This document shows positions 1-12,425 of a stretch of DNA of 64,000 bases, one piece after another. The translations under genes and the position numbers were made by a program. Location: assembly GCA_013265495.1 (NCBI GenBank), contig MU058000.1, positions 1,178,001 through 1,242,000 on the forward strand. The letters run 5' to 3'. Below the pieces are notes generated by a model, which was not told where the DNA came from, searched no databases, and saw nothing but the letters and a program-made list of their open reading frames with translations. Source of the stretch: Vicugna vicugna (taxonomy: Eukaryota). Positions within the stretch are counted from its first letter, which is position 1. Every line of letters starts with the position of its first letter.

Positions 1-1989
1 CACTCAGGGATGTCCTTTCTGAAGAGTCTGTGAGCGGTTAGAATGGCTGCGGACTCGGGGAGGGGTCATGCTCGCCCTTTGTACTGTGCACCGTGACTGC
101 AGGCGCTCTTCTGGGGATGCGTCTAGGGCTCTGAGGTAGTGCCCCATGGTAGCAGTTTCTCGACGCCAATTAAGTAGTGCACAGAAAATGATATCCCTAT
201 ATCTGCTTTATATTTGCTGCCTGCTAATTTGGAGAAGCCTTGGTTCTGATGTGATGGGATAGTGCAATTACAAGTGATTTATGGCTCATTTCTGTACCAT
301 TTATTGCTTTCTGGCTATGGCAGGATATAGCTTCCACTTGTTAATGAGGACTCCTCTTGCAATGAGGGATAGTAAGATGATAATGCTTTCCGTTTGTCCT
401 GTGCCTCAGTCGTGGCAGAACAAAAGACCTCACTCAGACCCTCTCATTATCCTCCTCGTGTACTTGCCAGCAAGGGGCAGAGGCTAACAGGCACAGTTTA
501 CCAGTCATGATTCTACAACAGAGAGGGCAAGTCGCCTGACCACTGTGATCATCAGGACCCTAGGAATCCAGTGCCACATAGATCGCTATTACACCTTCTC
601 TCTCAAACCTTGGCCCCTTTGCTTTCCACTCCTATTTTCTTCCTTTATGGTAGAAAATGGGCAAAAGCAGAAAGGGAGAGGCAGGGAGTTCTCCTGTTCT
701 TTGTGTTCCTCCCTTGTTTGAAAAGGAAGAAAATAATTTTCGGAAGCTTCTACTTGATTTTCCTTTGGCCAGAACTACGTCTCACATCCACCCCTACAAT
801 AGTCACTTTGAAAGGGCTGTAAAATCACTAGGATTTGCTTAAAGCAATTGTGATTCCTTCCCTGGAACTGAGCACATTGCCCCTGGACAAAATTGGGGTT
901 CTGGTGGCCAGGAGGAATGGGAGGAATGGGAGGAAGCACCCAGAACTTGTGGCCACAGCTGCTTACTAGCCATGGTCTCTTTGAAAAGTCTCTAAGCCTC
1001 CCTTGTCCTCTAGATGACCATAGCTTCCTGCCTGGGGTGCAGGGGCTTCAGGATACCAGATGGCTTTCTCTGAGGTTTGTGCTGGGGAAAAGCAGTGTCC
1101 CACACAAAAGTAGGGAGAGTGAGGTCCATTTTCTAAAGTAGCTTTGTTTATCCATGCCTCCTAAGTTCCCTCACACACACAGCCCCTTCCACAATAGCTG
1201 GAGCTCCTTCCTCTGTGGAGATCGGATCCAGGCCCGGAAGTTGGGGTTGGAAGCAGATGCCTCCGCCTCTCCCACCCAGCCGTCTCTGGCAGGAGACTGT
1301 CCACCTGTCTGAGTTTCATTTCAGGTGCAGTTGTGCATTTTGCTACTTGGAAGTTTCAGTACTAACAAACCAAAACTGAAGTTGAAGCTGTCAATTTTAA
1401 GAGATCAAACTTTAGGATTAACAAGCTAGAGGAATGCTCCCAGAATATTTGATTTGAAGAAGCAAATCATAAGTTGTATGTATTTGAAAAAAAAAATCAG
1501 AATTCCTGTTATTAGATAAGGAGCTTGGAATGTAATTGAGACAGACCACACCAGAAACACTTAGGTCTGGTCAGGTTTATTAGGATGAAATACTTTTATG
1601 ACTTAGGCTGTGTTTCATGTAATGAGAGGAAAATCAGACAGGGAAAATACAGTAGTCAGTGATTCTGGGGATAGTTTTACCGCATAGGAATACTGAGAAT
1701 CAGAGGATGCCAGCCAGTAGGTTGTGGGGATGCCGAGAGGCAGGTGGAAATCAAGGAAACTAAGCATACAGTACACACTCAGTAAGTGGTTAACTGTCAT
1801 CAAATTTGCCACAAACATGTTTGTTGATAACATGAAGCATTTAGCCTTCAGGGTGAAATAGCCCTGTAGCAGTTACCAGAGCCTGGATCCACTCTCTCCC
1901 TACTATAGATTCTCCCGGGGCCATGGGCCACTCTGCACAGGGATGGTAAATTTGGGAGAATGTTTGACTGCTGAATGCCGCCGTCTGTA

Positions 1990-2115
1990 GCCTAAGCTCC
2001 ATGAGGGCGGCGGCTAGGGCTGCGTTTGCTCACTGCAGTATCCCGAGACCTGTCTTAGGGCCTGGCTGAATAACATATTTGAAGCAAATGTATATAATAA
2101 ATGAATAAATGAATT
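1990..2115 (+). mobile_element. L2 LINE 3' end fragment
   Basis: taagctccatgagggc...ctcactgcagtatccc...cctggc...aatgaataaatgaat matches the L2 3' terminus with its (TGAA)-like tail. Confidence 0.7.
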
Positions 2116-2389
2116 TATATTAGGGTTAGGACTTTGGGGACTGGGAAGCAATAGTGAGAGTGGAAGGACATGGGTGCAGCTGAAGCTAAAGCTTTTACTA
2201 AGAATTGCACACGAGGTCAGATTGAACCAGATTGGACACCAGAGATTTGAGACTGAGAACGTCAGCATTGAAGGGGTCTGTGTTGGAGAGTGAAAGTCAG
2301 GTGACCCCAACTCGGGGGTGGAGATACGGAGTCAAGAGACGTTGTTTAGCCCATCATAATTATTGGACAGCTCCTCTTAATTTTCCTGC

Positions 2390-2515
2390 ACGATTGAAGA
2401 TTCCTTAAAGGTGGGCGCCTTGTCCAGTGATGGAAGTATCACCTTGTGTGTCTTGCACACACAGCTAGGTACACTATGATGGTTGAATGAGTAAATGAAT
2501 CAATAGATGAATAAA
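2390..2515 (+). mobile_element. L2 LINE 3' end fragment (very diverged)
   Basis: ttccttaaaggtgg...ggttgaatgagtaaatgaat tail pattern. Confidence 0.5.
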
Positions 2516-3068
2516 AAAAAATTCCAGCTTAAAAACTATCAGGATAAATGAATGCAAAGTAGGGAATTACCAATGTACAGCTATGTAATACAGAATATAT
2601 CCACTGGATGAATATATGTTTGGGCTGTACATCAGAAGTTGACAGGAATTTCTCATTAAGTTAGTAAATCATAGGCTCAGCTGGTTTTAATACCCAACAA
2701 AAATGATAGTTGCAGTTTTGCCAAATATGTCACTGACAGTCTCTAGATATGTGGCATCTGTATGTCCTCATGAATGGGAAATAGTGATTGCTACCACACT
2801 GAGGAAATTTTAGATACTGGAGATGAAAATAGTAGGGAAAAAAATGAGCACAATTGTTGGATGCTACTGGTTTCCTACTGGGTTGCCACTCTTAGCTTCT
2901 TACCAATTTGACCTAATTTTTTGGTTTTCAGTGTGCTTATATAAAAGCAGTGTTTCTGAGCCTCAGTTGCAGCTGACTCACCAAGTGATAGTTCGGAACT
3001 GGTGAGACACAGGAGGAAGTTGCTAGCTACAAATGCACGAGTTGAAAATGTGCTTGACTTTGTTCTTG

Positions 3069-3110
3069 TTTTTATTTTATTGTGAAATGTATATAACAAA
3101 ATTTGCCACT
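3069..3110 (-). mobile_element. Extreme 3' end of an old L1MB-type LINE (continues at 9797)
   Basis: ttttattgtgaaatgtatataacaaaatttgcca resembles the L1MB 3' terminus; the next consensus bases (tttttaagtgtaca...cattgattacattcacag) resume at ~9809. Confidence 0.7.
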
Positions 3111-3429
3111 TCAGTAATGTTTTCAGCTTTTTATTGAAGTATGGTTGATTTACAATATTGTATTAGTTTCAGGTGTACAACATAGTGAGTCACTATTTTC
3201 ATGAGTTATACTCTATTATAGTTATTATAAAATAATGACTATATTTCTGTGTGCTGCTCAGAATATCCTCATTTATTATTTATTTTATACACAGTAGTTT
3301 GTACTTCTTAATTCCCTACTCCAGTCCTGTCTCTCCCTACTTCCTTCTCTCCACTCGTAACCACTAGTTTGTTATCTATATCTGTGAGTTTGTTTCTCTT
3401 TTCTTATATTCACAAATCTGTTTTATTTT

Positions 3430-6400
3430 TTAGATTCCACGTATAAGTGATAACATATAGTATTTGTCTTTCTCTAACTTGTTTCATTAAGCATAATATA
3501 TTCTAGGTCCATCCATGCTTTTGCAAATGGCGGAATTCCATTCTTTTTTATGTCTGAGTAATATTCCATTCGTGTGTGTCTGTGTGTGTGTGTGTGTACC
3601 ACAGTCTTTATCCATTCATCTGTTGATGGATACTTAGGTTGTTTTTGTATCTTGGCTATTGTAAATAATGCTGCCATGAACATCAAGGTACACGTATCTT
3701 TGATTTAGTGTTTTTGTTTTCTTCAGATATATACCCAGAAGTGGAATTGCTGGATCATATGGTAGTTCTAGTTTTAGTTTTTTATGGTACCTACATACCA
3801 TTTTCCACAGTGGCTGCACCAATTTATATTCTCACTAACAGTGTATTAGGGTTCCATTTATTCCACATCCTCACCAGCATTGTTATTTGTAGACTTTTAA
3901 ATGATAGCCAGGTGTGAGGTCTTGTCTAATTGTGGTTTTGATTTGCATTTATCTGATAATTAGTGATGTTGAACATCTTTTCATGTTCCTGTTGGCCATC
4001 TGTATATCGTCTTTGGAAAAATGTCTGTTCAGGTCCTCTGCCCATTTTTTAATTGTTTTTTTACTATTGAGTTATATAAGCTGTTTATATGTTTTGGATT
4101 CTAACCCCTCATTGGTCATATCATTTGCAGATATTTTCTCCCATTCAGTAGATTGTCTTTTCATTTTGTTCATGGTTTCTTTCGTTGTGCAAAAGCTTTT
4201 AAGTTTAATTAGGTCCCATTTGTTTATTTTTACTTTTGCTTCCTTTCAAGAAAATATTGCTACAATTTATGTCAAAGAGTGTTATATTCTCCTCTAGGAT
4301 TGTTATGGTTTCAGGTCTTACATTTAGGTGTTTAATCTATTTTGAGTTTACTTTTTCATATAGTTTGAGAACATGTTCTAATTTCATTCTTTTACATGTA
4401 GCTGTCCAGTTGTCCCAGCAACACTTATTGAAGTGACTGTCTTTTCCCCACTGTATATTTTGTCCTCCTTTGTTGTAGATTAATTGACCATAAGTGCATG
4501 GGTTTCTTTCTGGGCTATTATGTTTCACTGATCTATGTATCTGTTTTTGTGCCAGTACCATGCTGTTTTGATTACTGTAGCTTTGTAGTATAGTATACAT
4601 CAGCAGGCATGATACCTCCAACTTTGCTGCTGTTGTTTTTTCTCAAAATTGCTTTGGCAATTTGAGGTCCTTTGTGGTAACATATAAATTTTAGGATTAT
4701 TTGTTCTAGTTCTGTAAAAAAAATGTATTTTGATAGGGATGGCATTAAATCTGTAGATTGCTTTGGGTAGTACGGACTCTTTAACAATGTTAGTTCTTCC
4801 AATGCATGAACATGAGCTATCTTTCCATTTTTTGGGAATCATCTGCAATTTCTTTTAATATTTTATAGTTTTCAGAGTATAGGTCTTTCACCTCCTTGGC
4901 TAAGTTTATTCCTAGGTATTTTATTCTCTTTGATGTTATTTTGAATGAAATTTTTTTAAAAAAAATTTCTTTTCCTGATAGTTCATTATTAACGTATAGA
5001 AAAGCAACAGGTTTCTGTGTACTAACCTTGGATCTTGAAACTTTACTGAATTCATTTATGAGTTCTAATAGTTTTTTTTGTTTTTTTAGTGGAGACTTTA
5101 GGGTTTTCTATATATACTATTATGTCATCTGCAAATAGTAACAGTTTTACTTCTTCCTTTCCAATTTTGATGCCTTTTTTTTTCTTGTCTGATTGCTGTG
5201 GCTAGGACTTCCATTATTTGTTAAATAGAAGTGATGAGAGTCAACACCCTTGTCTTCTTTCTGATTTTAGAGGAAAAACTTTTAGCTTTTCACCTTTGGG
5301 TATGATGTTAGTTGGGAGTTTGTTATTAATGGCTTTATTATGTTGAGATATCTCAACTGAGTCTCACATGAGCAGCATATAGATGGGTCTTGTTTTCTTA
5401 ATCCAATCAGCCTCTATACCCACTTTGATGAGAATTTTTTTCATGAATGGATGTCGAATTCTGTCAAATGCTTTTTCTGTGTTTATTGAGATGATAATGC
5501 AATTTTTTATTTCCCCTTTGTTAACATGGTATATATCGCATTATTTGATTAGTGGATATCTAACCATCTTTGTGACCCTTGAATAAATCCCACTTGACTT
5601 GATATATTGTCAAATTCAGTTTGCTAATATTTTGTTGAAGATTTTGCATCTGTAGCCATCAGGGATATTGGCCTGTAATTTTCCTTTTTTTGTAGTGTCT
5701 TTGGTTTTGGTATCAGGATAATGGAGGCCTCATAGAGTGAATTTGGGAGTAGCCCCTTCTGTTTAATTTTTCTGGAGTAGTTTGAGAAGGATAGCTCTTC
5801 TTTATATATGTTTGGTAGAATTCCCCTGTGGAGCCATCTGGTCCTGGACTTTTGTTTGTTGGGAGTTTTTTGTTTGTTTGTTTTTCAAATTTAATTACAT
5901 GGCTGTAATTGTTCAGATTGTCTATTTCTTCCTGATTCAGTCTTGGAAGATTGTATGTTTCTAGAAATTTGTCCATTCTAGGTTGTCCAATTGGTTGGCA
6001 TATAACTCTTCATAGTATTCTCCTATGATTTTTTGAACTTCTGTGATATTGATTGTTATTTCTCCCCTTTCATTTCTTATTTTGTATATTCTGACCCTCT
6101 TTTCTTCTTGATGAGCTTGCCTGAAGGCTTATCAATTTTGTTTATATTTTCAAAAAAAAATCAGCTCTTGGTTTCACTGATTTTAAAATATTTCTGGCCT
6201 CTATTTCCTCCTTGGTCTTTATTATTTCCTTTCTTATGCTGACTTTGGGCTTTAGTCTTCTTTTTCTAACTCCTTTAGATTGTATTTTAGGTTATTTGAG
6301 ATTTTTGTATCCTGAAATAGGCTTGTACTACAATAAACTTTCCTCTTAAAACTGCTTTTGCTACATTCCATAGAGTTTGAAAAGTTGTGGGGCTTTTTGC

Positions 6401-7237
6401 TTTGTTTTGTTTTGTATTGACGTTTCTTCTGATTTCCACTTTGATTTCTTCATTGACCCACTGGTTTTTTAGTAGCATGTTGTTTACTCTTCATGTGTTT
6501 GTTGTTGGTTTTTTTCCCTATTTTTCTTCCCATGATTCATTTCTAGTTTCATACCATTGTGGTTGGAGAAAGCTTGATACCATTTCTATTCTCTTATTTT
6601 TTGAGACTTGTTTTTTGGCCTGGCATGTGACCTGTTCTCCAAAACATTTCATATGCACTTGAAAAGAATGTATATTTTGCTGTTTTTGGATGGAATTTCC
6701 TATAGATACCTGTTAAGTCCACTGGTCTAGTGTGTCATTTAAGGCTACCATTTCTTTACTGATTTTCTGTCTGGACAATTTGTCCATTGATGTAAGTGGG
6801 GTTTAAAAGCTCCTACTGTTGTTGTCAATATCTCTCTTTCTGTCTGTTAATATTTTCTTTACATTTTAGATGCTCCTTTATTAGGAACATAGGAACACAT
6901 ATAAATGAGTGTTTTATCTTCTTCTTGTATAGATCCCTTTATCATTACATAATGTCCTTTTTTGTCTTTTGTTACAGAATTTGTTTGAAAGTCTATTTTA
7001 TCTGATACGAATATTGCTATCCCTGCTTTCTTATCATTTCCATTTGCGTGAAATATCTTTTCCCATCCTCTCACTTTCAATCTGTGTGTGTCTTTAGCTC
7101 TTAGCTGAGTCTCACGTGAGCAGCATATAGATGGGTCTTGTTTTCTTAATCCAATCAGCCCTGCTATGTCTTTTGATTGGAGCATTTAGTCCATTGACAT
7201 TTAAAGTAATTATTGACAGTTATGTACTTATTGACAT
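3430..7237 (-). pseudogene. Disrupted L1 ORF2 (endonuclease + reverse transcriptase + C-terminal domain)
   Basis: EN peptide KQDPSICCSRETQLRAKDTHRLKVRGWEKIFHANG (ORF 6859-7185); MDKFLETYNLPRLNQEEI and KSPGPDG (5713-5976); FADD RT motif on the minus strand at 5124-5135; [15 protein letters not shown] (3634-3822); many stops and frameshifts. Confidence 0.93.
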
Positions 7238-7665
7238 TTTGTTACTTGTTTTATGGTTGTTTTTGTAGTTCTTCTCTTTTTTTTTCTTAATTTCTTCCCT
7301 AGTGGTTTGATGATTTGCTTTAGTAGTATGCTTGTGTTCATTTCTTTCTAGTTTGTGTGTATCTATTGTAGGTTTTTAATTTGTTGTCACCATGTGGTTC
7401 ATATATGTTGACCTATGTATATCTACTGTTTAAAACAGGTAGGTATATAGTAGTTCAATAAGAACTACATTTTTTACTCTATGTCCTACATTTTATGTTT
7501 TTGATGTCATATTTTACATCTTAATATTTATCCCCTAACTGTTTAGTTATGGTTAATTTTACAAATTTTTGTCTTTTAGTCTTTGATTAGCTTATTTAAG
7601 TAGTTGATCCATAGCCTTTACTAGTGGTTATTTTTTCCTTTCCAATAGATACTTGTTTCTGTTGT

Positions 7666-7843
7666 CTCCCCTCCTTCTCTGCTTTCGCCTTCTTCCTTCT
7701 TCCATCTATGTCATCGTCATCATCATCATCATCATCTTCTTCTCCTCCTCCTCTCATCCTACTCCTCTTCCTTCTCTTTTTCTCTTTCTCTCTCTCTTTT
7801 CTTTCTTTCTTTCTCTCTCTCTTCCTCTCTTCCTTTCTTCCTT
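7666..7843 (-). repeat. Purine-rich (minus strand) low-complexity tract with GAAA/GA/GAG/GAT repeats; probable decayed poly(A) tail
   Basis: (CAT)n, (CT)n and (CTTT)n mosaic on the + strand, directly adjoining the LTR fragment at 7844. Confidence 0.85.
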
Positions 7844-7928
7844 TGTTGGAGGGAGCAAAGAATAACAACTTTATTTGGATAGCCAGCAGACCAAGAAGTT
7901 GGGGGACCAATGTCCTAGAGAACCATCT
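7844..7928 (-). mobile_element. ERV1-type LTR R-region fragment inserted in the L1 inter-ORF spacer
   Basis: Reverse complement of 7881-7928 matches 21030-21077 of the solo LTR at 42/48; AATAAA on the minus strand at 7870-7875. Confidence 0.85.
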
Positions 7929-7951
7929 TGTTGTAGCTTTTTCTTTTTCAC

Positions 7952-8860
7952 TTAGAGAAAGCCCTTTAACATTTCTTTTAGGGTAGATTTAGTATTATAA
8001 ATTCTTTTCCTTTTTGATACCTGATAAGTTCTTTATCCTTCAGTTCTAAATGATAATCTTGCTAGGTAAAGTATCCTAGGTTGCAGTTTTTGCTTTTCAG
8101 CACTTTAAATGTGTCATGCCACTACCTTCTGGCCTGTAAAATTTCTGCAGAAAAATCAGCTGATGGCCTTACGGAGGTTTCTTTGTATATGATTCTTTGC
8201 TTTTTCTTGGTGCCTTTAGAATTCTCTCTTTATCTTTAACTTTTTCCATTGTAACTATGATATTTCTTGGTGTTTTTGTTTGGGTTCATCTTATTTGATA
8301 CCCTTTGTTCTTCCTGTACCTGGATATCTTCCTACTTCAGGTTTGGGAAGTTTTCAGCTCTAATTTTATCAAACACTTTTTGACCTATTTCTCTTGCTCC
8401 TCTCCTTCTAGGATCCCTATAATGTAGATTTTGGTACTTTGGGGGTATTTTTGATGTTGTTCCAATAGTCCCTTAAAGTGTTCTCTTTTTTTAAAATTGT
8501 TTTTCTTTTTGCTGTTCTGATTGAGTGGTTTCCATTATTGTATTTTCTAGATCACTTATGCTCTCTTCTATATCATCCAGTCTGTTGTTAATTCCTTCTG
8601 TATCATCCAGTCTGTTGTTAATTCCTTCTAATAGATTTTTATTTCAGTCATTTTCTTCCATCTTATTTCTATATTTTTAAAAATTTCTTATAAAATTCTC
8701 ACTGTGTTCATCTATTTTTTCCTTAATTCATTTAACATTCTTATTACTAGTGCTTTGAACTCCTTATCTGGTATATTACTCATCCCTGTTTCATTAGTTC
8801 TTTTTTCAGCTGTTTTCTCTTGTTCTTTCATTTGAAATAAATTCCTTTGTCTTCTTATTT
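7952..8860 (-). pseudogene. Disrupted L1 ORF1
   Basis: Minus strand reads RRQRNLFQMKEQE near 8820-8856 and EMLKGFL-stop ending at 7952; lies between the 5'UTR and the spacer. Confidence 0.75.
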
Positions 8861-9796
8861 TGATTAACTTTCTCTGTCTCAATGAAACTAGATGAAAAAG
8901 TTACTTATGCTAGTCTTGAAATAGTGTCCTTATGTGGGAACATTCCTGTATAGTCTGTGTGTGCTGGTGGCTCTGGTGGGAGAGCCAGATCTGATGTGAA
9001 CATGAGTCATGTCTTCCTCCAGAGTGTGCTGGCAGCTACCACCTTGGTAGGAAGTTGGGCTGGAGATAGAGGGCATAGAGTCAGAGTCAGGTTTGACTTG
9101 GGGCTTCTCCTCTGTGCAGTGGCCTGCACTACCCTATGAGGGGCAAGGTTGGGTCCTGAGTTGCTGGAGCAGGAGCATTAAGGATCAGGTCTGAGCTGGC
9201 TCTGTTCCTTCCAAGTGTGTGCTATTCCCTCTCTCAGCATTGGTACTCTTGCCCCAAAGGAAGCAGTGCTGGCACAAGAAGGGCCAGAGTGGGTACTTGA
9301 TTCAGGCTGAGGCATATACTGGAGTGGTTTCAGGAAACTGGCCAGAGTCCCACACAGTTTCAGTATCTTTCCTTCACATAGTTTTGGGAGTAAGCAGATG
9401 TGTGTGCACTTTTCAGGAGCAGAGTCTAGGTTTCTTACAGCTCCACTGTCAGTCCCACTGGTTTTCAGAACAGTTAAGGGGACACATCATCCTGGTGTCA
9501 GGCCCAGGGCTAGGGTGCCAAATACGTGGCCTGAACTGCTCACTCCCCAGGGAGGATCTCTGAGCCCATGTGATCTCCCTCCTCTTCTGTGTCCTCTCCC
9601 AGGGCACAGGTTTCAACCTGATTGCTTCTCTTTCTTGCCTGCCCTATTGCATGTGGATCTTTCTTATAGCCTTGATTGTATAGGAGTCTTTAATTTTCAG
9701 TGAGAATTATTCTACATGTAGATGTATTTTTGATGTGCTCATGGGGGAAAAGTAATCTTTACATCCTCCTACTTCACCCACCATCTTTATCAAAGA

Positions 9797-10845
9797 CATT
9801 GTAACAAATTTTTAAGTGTACAAATCAGCAGCATTGATTACATTCACAGTGTTGTGCAACCATCATGACCAGGTTCTAAGACTTGTCCATCACCCTAAAT
9901 GGAATCTCTGTACCCATTAAACAATAATTACCCATCCCCATCTCCCTCCCCCTGGTAACTTCTAACCTACTTTTTAATCACTATAAATAGATCTATTTAG
10001 ATATTCCATATTAGAGGAATCATATAATATTTGTCCTTTTGCATTTCACTTATTTCATAAAGCATAATGTTTTCAAGCTTCATTCATGTTGTAGCATGTA
10101 TCAGAACTTCATTCTTTTTATGGTTGAATAATATTCCACCACATGGATATACCACATTTTGTTTATCAGTTGCTCTGTTGATGAACACTTGGGTTGTTTT
10201 CATCTTTTGTCTATTTTAAACAATGCTGCAATGAACATTGACATTCAGGTATCTGATGCCTTATTTTAAAATTTTTGTGTATACCTAGAAGTGGAATTAT
10301 TGGGTCATATAATAATTCTTTCCTTAACTTCTTGGGGAACCATGAAACTATTTTCCATAGTAGCTGCACCATTTTATATCCCCACCAGCAATGTGAGAGC
10401 GTTCCAATGTTTACACTCTTGCCAACACTTGTTATCTATTTTTTAAAACAAATTTTTATAAAGCTATCATAGTTGCATTGTAGTTTGATTTGCATTTCCC
10501 TAATGACTAATGATGGTGAACATCTTTTCATTTGCTAATTGGTTACTTGCATATCTTCTTTAGAGAAATGTATATTCAATTCCTTTGTCCATTTTTTATT
10601 TGAGTTAGTTGTCTTTTTATTTTTGTTGTTTAATTGAGTTGTAGGAGTCCTTTATATGTTCTGGACGTTAAGCCTTTATATTTTCTCTCATTACATAAGC
10701 TGCCTTTTCACTCTGTTGACAGTGTCCTTAAGTTATAAATTTTAGTGAAGTCTAAGTTATCTATTTTTTCCCTTTGTTGTTCACGGTTTGGTGTAATACC
10801 TAAGAATACATTGCCAAACCCAAGATCATGAAAATCAGAACATGC
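9797..10845 (-). mobile_element. Old L1MB-type LINE 3' region (host of the younger L1)
   Basis: L1 3'UTR/ORF2-end motifs (ttcatgttgtagcatgtatcag, atacctagaagtggaattattgggtcatat, ttgcatttccctaatgactaatgatg). Confidence 0.85.
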
Positions 10846-11059
10846 TTGACTTTTACCATACAACTTTAGCACTGCATAAATGGTTTTTGTTCTTGGATTA
10901 TCACCACACATTGATTTTCATTTAAATCCTGGGGATCACCATGTCATAACCTTTCCATCAGTTATTAATACCACAGCCACACATAGAATTAAAAAAAAAA
11001 ATGAGTTGAAGTAGAAACCAGAATCCTGAAGACTTGGCTTTTGTTTCAGGCTCTGCCAG

Positions 11060-11621
11060 TGTAGCAGATACTTGTGGACTTCCCTGTCATCCATTTTCCT
11101 TTCTTCTGTTAAAAGCCTTTGCTAGTTGAGACCCTGCCACCTGTGTTCTCAGTCCATGTGCTGCCTGTGGAATCCTACTCTTACCTTAGAGTTAGGCACA
11201 TACATGATCGAGCCACACAATAGTTCTGGCTATAAACAGGACATTTGGTTCACGTAGGACATTTTATTTTCACAGAGACATCAAGTACAATTAATTTTTT
11301 CTTTTTTTTGCTGGTAATTATGATGCAGAAGCAGATGCTCCTTCCCACTGGACTTCAATCCAAGAGAATAGGGTCGAGACCTACTGACAGATACCTGCAG
11401 AATAAGGAGAGAGCCTTCCTGAGAATGGAGCCAACCTGGAAGATGGAGAATTGAGAGCTCAGGAGAGAATTAGGTCCTGGTGAAATTTTTTGAGATTTTG
11501 CATCAAGTTAAGCCTGAAGTTATTCTTGCTCTTAGATTTGAACCAATAACTCCTCCTTTTGCTTTACCTAGTTTGGGTTGGGTATACAGTCACTTGAAAC
11601 TGAGAGAACCCTCCTGGATGC
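11060..11621 (+). mobile_element. MaLR MLT1 (J/K-like) solo LTR, inserted into a MIR (flanks ~11010-11058 and 11622-11690)
   Basis: TGTAGCAGA start; gagccaac...gagagc...aagcctgaag...aaccaataac...gtttgggttggg...tcacttgaaactgagag 3' motifs. Confidence 0.75.
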
Positions 11622-12334
11622 AGCTAGTAACTAGATACAGGACCTTGAACATGTCACTTCACATCTCTGGGTCTCTGCTTTGAATTTGATACACATGACT
11701 TCTGTTTTGGGAACTGGGAAATAAAGACACTGCAAGGTGAAGTAACTATTTTCAAAATCGTGGTATATTGCCAGGAGCACTGAAATCTGTAAGTCCAAGT
11801 TTTAGATGTTTAGTTCCAGTGGATAAAAGCATTGTTTTTTATTAAGCAGAAAACTGATGTCTTCTGCAGACTTGCTCAGACCTGAAAATTCCAATATTAC
11901 AGCAAGGAATCTGAGCCTTTAGGTAAATTACTTCATGTGTTCACCCTGCTGAGCTGCAGATGGACAGAACTGTACAATATGTATTAGGAGGAGCGCATGC
12001 ACCCACAGTTGATGTCCTGTGAGATTGGCAAATTGTACTTGACAAAGGAAATTAAACTTGGCTCAAAGAAAGCTTTAGGCAGTTCTGAGATACTGAATGA
12101 GCTCCCTCTCTGTCTCCCCATCTCTCTCAACATCTCAAGTTCATGAACCCATTTTCTTTGCCTTACATTTCATCATCTCCCTAACAGATGGGAATATTAT
12201 CCACATCCTGGCTAGGATAAGAATGTATGACTGCCACTTTCCCTGGAATGGTTTCCTTTTCCTGCAGGCTCCGCTTAACTGGCATACACCTGTCTGGTTG
12301 AAAAGACCCCTTCTAACACTGCAGATGCTTGGGT

Positions 12335-12425
12335 TTTCTTCTTTCCTTTCCTCTTGTCTCCACCCCTTTGTCTTCCCTTCCCTTCGCTCCCTCCCTCCCT
12401 CCCTTCTCCCTCTCTTTCTTTCTTT
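12335..12425. repeat. Polypyrimidine (CT-rich) tract
   Basis: About 90 nt almost entirely C/T. Confidence 0.85.

Larger units (their letters stand above)
3126..9790 (-). mobile_element. Near full-length decayed LINE-1 (laurasiatherian/artiodactyl type): 3'UTR, ORF2, long inter-ORF spacer, ORF1, 5'UTR
   Basis: 3' end tttttattgaagtatggttgatttacaatattg at 3126; many ORF2 peptide fragments in the ORF track; 5' terminus cctcctacttcacccaccatctt at ~9765-9787; GC-richer 5'UTR at 8900-9790. Confidence 0.95.

Noticed and set aside
132..140. TGAGGTAGT, the start of let-7
   Set aside because: Only 9 nt match, the following bases differ and there is no precursor hairpin
7596..7986. K/E/R/D-rich and S/F/L-rich ORFs of 70-120 aa
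   Set aside because: Translations of the low-complexity tail, not real proteins
3430..8860. Active L1
   Set aside because: Both ORFs are broken by many stops, frameshifts and insertions
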